Below the pieces are notes generated by a model. That model searched no databases and was not told where the DNA came from. It saw only the letters and a list, made by a program, of their open reading frames with translations. Source: Eledone cirrhosa (lineage: Eukaryota). From it: a stretch of DNA of 64,000 nt. The translations under genes were made by a program, and so were the position numbers. The DNA lies in NCBI GenBank assembly GCA_964016885.1, contig OZ024743.1, positions 235,662,001 through 235,726,000 of the forward strand. The letters are read 5' to 3'. Positions 60,531 through 64,000 of this stretch are shown here, piece after piece. The first letter of the stretch is position 1; the number at the start of each line of letters is the position of its first letter.

Positions 60531-61126
60531 AGGGGCATGTGAAGTATCAACCAGGTGCAAATACTGGTTTCATTTTAAATACGTTGTTTTCAGCATAATA
60601 CTTGATATATAAGAATCACTAAACCTTATATCAGTGTTCCAGTAATTCCACAGTCTTGGAAATTGAATTATACCGAACATAATATTTACGGTAAAAAATG
60701 CTTGCATTTCTGCAGCATCTGTCGGTCGCCAAACAGATCGAGTTTTCCTCGATTTGAAATCTGTTGCTGGACATATCGATTAATCTCTTATGCCACAACT
60801 TCGAAGAAAGTTTGTGGTAAAAACAAAAAGAAATAATCCAGTGCTTTCGCATCGGGAGCTAATGTGTGTTGTGGACCAGTATTTTGAATAAAATCGGGAA
60901 CATATATTAGTGTGGTATTTTTCAACCACGTTGCTGTAATATTTTCAATGGCGTCCTGAAGATCTCCTTCGTTTTCACTTTCAAAACAATCATCGTCGGA
61001 CGAAATTTCAGAAATATAAACATCAGATTCATTTGAAGATAAATCACTAATATTATCGTTTGTTTCTTGCTTATTTTGAATGTCGTCGTGTGTAAAACCT
61101 TCAAATTCGGTATCGCTACTTTCATA
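60531..61126 (-). pseudogene. piggyBac transposase N-terminal remnant
   Basis: YESSDTEFEGF..acidic..VPDFIQNTGP..ALDYFFLFLPQTFFEVVA*EINRYV / WRPTDAAEMQAFFTVNIMFGIIQFPRLWNYWNT..IMLKTTYLK*NQYLHL; 2 stops and 1 frameshift. Confidence 0.85.
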
Positions 61127-61393
61127 AGCAATCTTGATACAAAAAAAAAATTTGTTGTACTTTCAAAGTTAAAAAAAACACGTTTTAAGTTGTTCCACTA
61201 TATTAAGTGTTAATTTTCATGGTAAGGGCCTAAACTCGCAGCAGTCTCGATTTGACGAGATTTTGATGATGGTTTGTTTATTTTTTGAACGACTTTTTAG
61301 TGTGGGTGTTTTTGGACGATTTCGGGCGGTTTGAACAAATGAAGGGGAAATAATTTTGGGCGATTTCACGCAGTTTGAACACTAAAGGGTTAA

Positions 61394-61657
61394 ACCTACA
61401 AAGATAGTTTCAGATAGTTGGTATCAAGAAGGCTTAAACCAACAAAGACAGTTTCAGATAGTTTGGTTTGAAGAGGGTTTAAACCAACAAAGGCAGTTTC
61501 AGTTTGATATCAAAAAGGTTTAAACCAACAAAGGCAATTCCAGACAGTTTGATATTGAGAAGGTTTAAACCAACAAAGTCAGTTTCAGATAGTTTAGTAT
61601 CAAAAGGGTTTAAACCAACAAAGGCAGTTTCAGATAGTTTGGTATCAAGAAGGTTTG
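61394..61657. repeat. ~44-bp tandem repeat resembling the end of a second TTAA-type MITE family
   Basis: aaaccaacaaaggcagtttcagatagtttggtatcaaaagggtt, about 6 copies. Confidence 0.85.
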
Positions 61658-62271
61658 ATAGTGCTGAAACAATTTCTTCAGATCAATAGAGTAAAGCAGT
61701 TAAAACATCACGGTAAATTAATATAATTGGTTTAAGGAGGTTGGCAAACAAAAGTGTATATATCTACTGATATATGTCAAGAGACTAATATAGTTAACAG
61801 AACATCTAGATTTATTTATTGATTAAATTACTTGTTAGTTTACTGCACACACATTCACATGTATTGCTATCTGGAAGAAATATAGAAATCTGTTGGTGCT
61901 ACTTTAGTATGATAGTGTGGAAAAACGGTGACAATATATATATATATTTAATATAGAAAAGCTTCTACAGGACTAGAACTGTTCAGGAAATCATCAGGAA
62001 GCTGACTGTCCAAGAGTACCTTACTTACTGTGGTTACCCCCGATTGAACCCGGAATAACTTATATATATATATATATATATTTAGGTTTGTTGGTTCACC
62101 ACTGGATAGAACTGGTCATTCTGTATAGTCAACCTTGATGTAATATTAAGGAGACCACTCGACGTAATGCAACTCACCCGTCTTCGTTTGTGTTGTTGGT
62201 GGTGCGAGTACTGACTTAATTATTATAAAATAACAGGAGGCTGGACTGGTGTAATTCCTTAAAGGTTTATT

Positions 62272-62329
62272 ATACTATGAACATTTCAATGACCGGGTTC
62301 AGTATGAATCCGGTGATATCATCAGGTAT
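62272..62329 (-). ncRNA. Degenerate Penelope-type hammerhead motif
   Basis: ATAC-CTGATGA-tatcaccggattca-tac-tgaacccggtcatt-GAAA-TGTTCA-TA-GTAT, followed by AATAAA. Confidence 0.55.
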
Positions 62330-62869
62330 TCGAAATTTAACAAAGGAATATAATAGACACAATCCATGGGGCTGAAAAAGCAGAGAGACGAGAAGGCGGC
62401 CAAACAATTAGCAGTTGCCAGTCCGGTTGGCCGCCTTCAAGTGAGGACTACTAAGTCTTGTTATGTCTTTCTGGAGAAGGGCCATAAGCTTAGTACTACT
62501 ACCACCCTGTCATGGACAGAGGCTAGCGGTGGTATCAGGTTACATTGAAGTTGGTCAGAAGTGCTAAAAAGTGCTAAGAAATATATTTTTTCAAAAAACA
62601 TATCTTTAACAAAACTATATAGTGTGGGCGCCTGTACAGTATATTTTTTATTGTAGGGTCAGAAATTACGATTAAAGATTAGAAATGTAAAATTTATGTT
62701 TAGAATTAAAAGATGTCATTTAAGGTAAGATTAGAAAACTAAGATTTAGGTTTAAAGTTGGGAGATTTAGTTAAAGAATTTACAGAAGGAGGCGTTTATG
62801 AAAAGGTTAAGTGTATTATTGGCAGTCACAAAGTTTCAGGGTAGAATATAAAGTTAAGATTAAGATATA

Positions 62870-63083
62870 TCATCATCATCATCAGGTTTAGCGTCCGTGT
62901 TCCACGCTTGCATGGGTTTGGACGGGGGGTTTTCCCACTTGAGGCAAGAGTGGTTGTCTTGCTCGCATAGGACTGTCTGGCGGGTTTTCTACAGTTGGAT
63001 GCCCTTCCTAACACCAACCACATTTACAGTGTGGGGCTGGGAGGTTTTTACCGTGTTGCCTACACGGCCACATTACAGCGTGG
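62870..63083 (-). mobile_element. RTE LINE 3' UTR fragment
   Basis: Near-identical to 1812-2025. Confidence 0.85.
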
Positions 63084-64000
63084 ATATATATATATATATA
63101 TTAAAATACAAAGAATTGAAATGCAACAGCTTTAGATAGTATATGCTATCCTTAGGGCACATGTCCTTCTTGTTCTTTTAGGTGGTGCCATGGTATCTTG
63201 ATGTTTGGTAAAGAGAAGTGGGGTAGCCAAATTCTTCTGTGCTGGTGTTTGTCACAACCTTTGCTGTATCTGTTGCGAATCTGGGTGGATCTCATTCTGC
63301 ACACAGGTCATTTTAGCAATGTAGGGAAGAGCAGAATCATGGTGTACAAATGTAGAGGAGAACTTAGCATCAGCTTCTGTGTAGGCCTACATTAAGTTTC
63401 TTAGGTGTTGGGGGACTCAAATATTTTCTACCCCCAGGAGCCTCTAGTTGCTTTTATGTGGCCCTGATCATGTATTTTAAGTACACCCAATGCATCTTTC
63501 ACCTTGAGGTAAAACACACTCCATTCAAATATCTTTTATAACAGACTATGAGAGAATTAGTTTGATGGAACAAACATATGACCAAAGGGGTTCTAACCAT
63601 GACATTAGGCCTTTCTCTATATCCAATACAATTTAACCTTGAAGTAAAACACACAAAATTTCCAACCCACACGTATAGCAGCCAAAGAGAAAATCAGTTC
63701 ATTTTATCATCCAAAATAACAACTTACTGACACCAGAGGTGAATGAATGACCTCAAAATTTAAACAGTTGACCTTCAAAGTAACCTCTGACAACAAAGGT
63801 CAATTGAAGCTCCACTACCTGTCTATAAGACAGTTAAAAGAAACTCATCAGTCATTGAGTACAGCAGTTCTCTATGTATAGGTCTAATAACATCATAAGA
63901 TATTTACAATTAACTTGTAATTTAATCCTTCTGTGCAACAGGTGTGTTAAAATATGCTTCTTCTGACAGACTGACACATTACCAAACTTTGCTAATTTTC

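Larger units (their letters stand above)
60092..61389 (-). mobile_element. Internally deleted piggyBac-superfamily DNA transposon
   Basis: Ends TTAT|ccctttagcattc ... gaacactaaaggg|TTAA; contains a transposase remnant; the right ~190 bp resembles the MITE body. Confidence 0.8.

Overview
AT-rich, repeat-dense animal genomic DNA. The SINE/RTE repertoire resembles that of octopod cephalopods, but this is recall-based inference. The only host gene seen is a minus-strand AHCY-like (AHCYL1/2, IRBIT-type) gene. Eight GT-AG exons (38456 down to 5189, 747 nt) join in frame, and the 5' and 3' exons appear to lie outside the window. The introns hold RTE and CR1-group LINE fragments, two SINE families, many minisatellites and a 12.5-kb 55-bp satellite. 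Three features stand out. (1) An apparent piggyBac life-cycle series: an internally deleted element with a transposase remnant missed by the ORF track, ~220-bp TTAA-flanked MITEs, a MITE with a duplicated end, and a 72-bp satellite that still ends in the TIR plus TTAA. (2) Several Penelope-type minimal hammerhead ribozyme motifs, including a pair inside a near-perfect 148-bp inverted repeat. (3) A duplicated splice acceptor plus exon start that would create a frameshifting alternative 3' splice site. No CRISPR, rRNA or true tRNA gene was seen. Everything was read by eye, so repeat boundaries are approximate.
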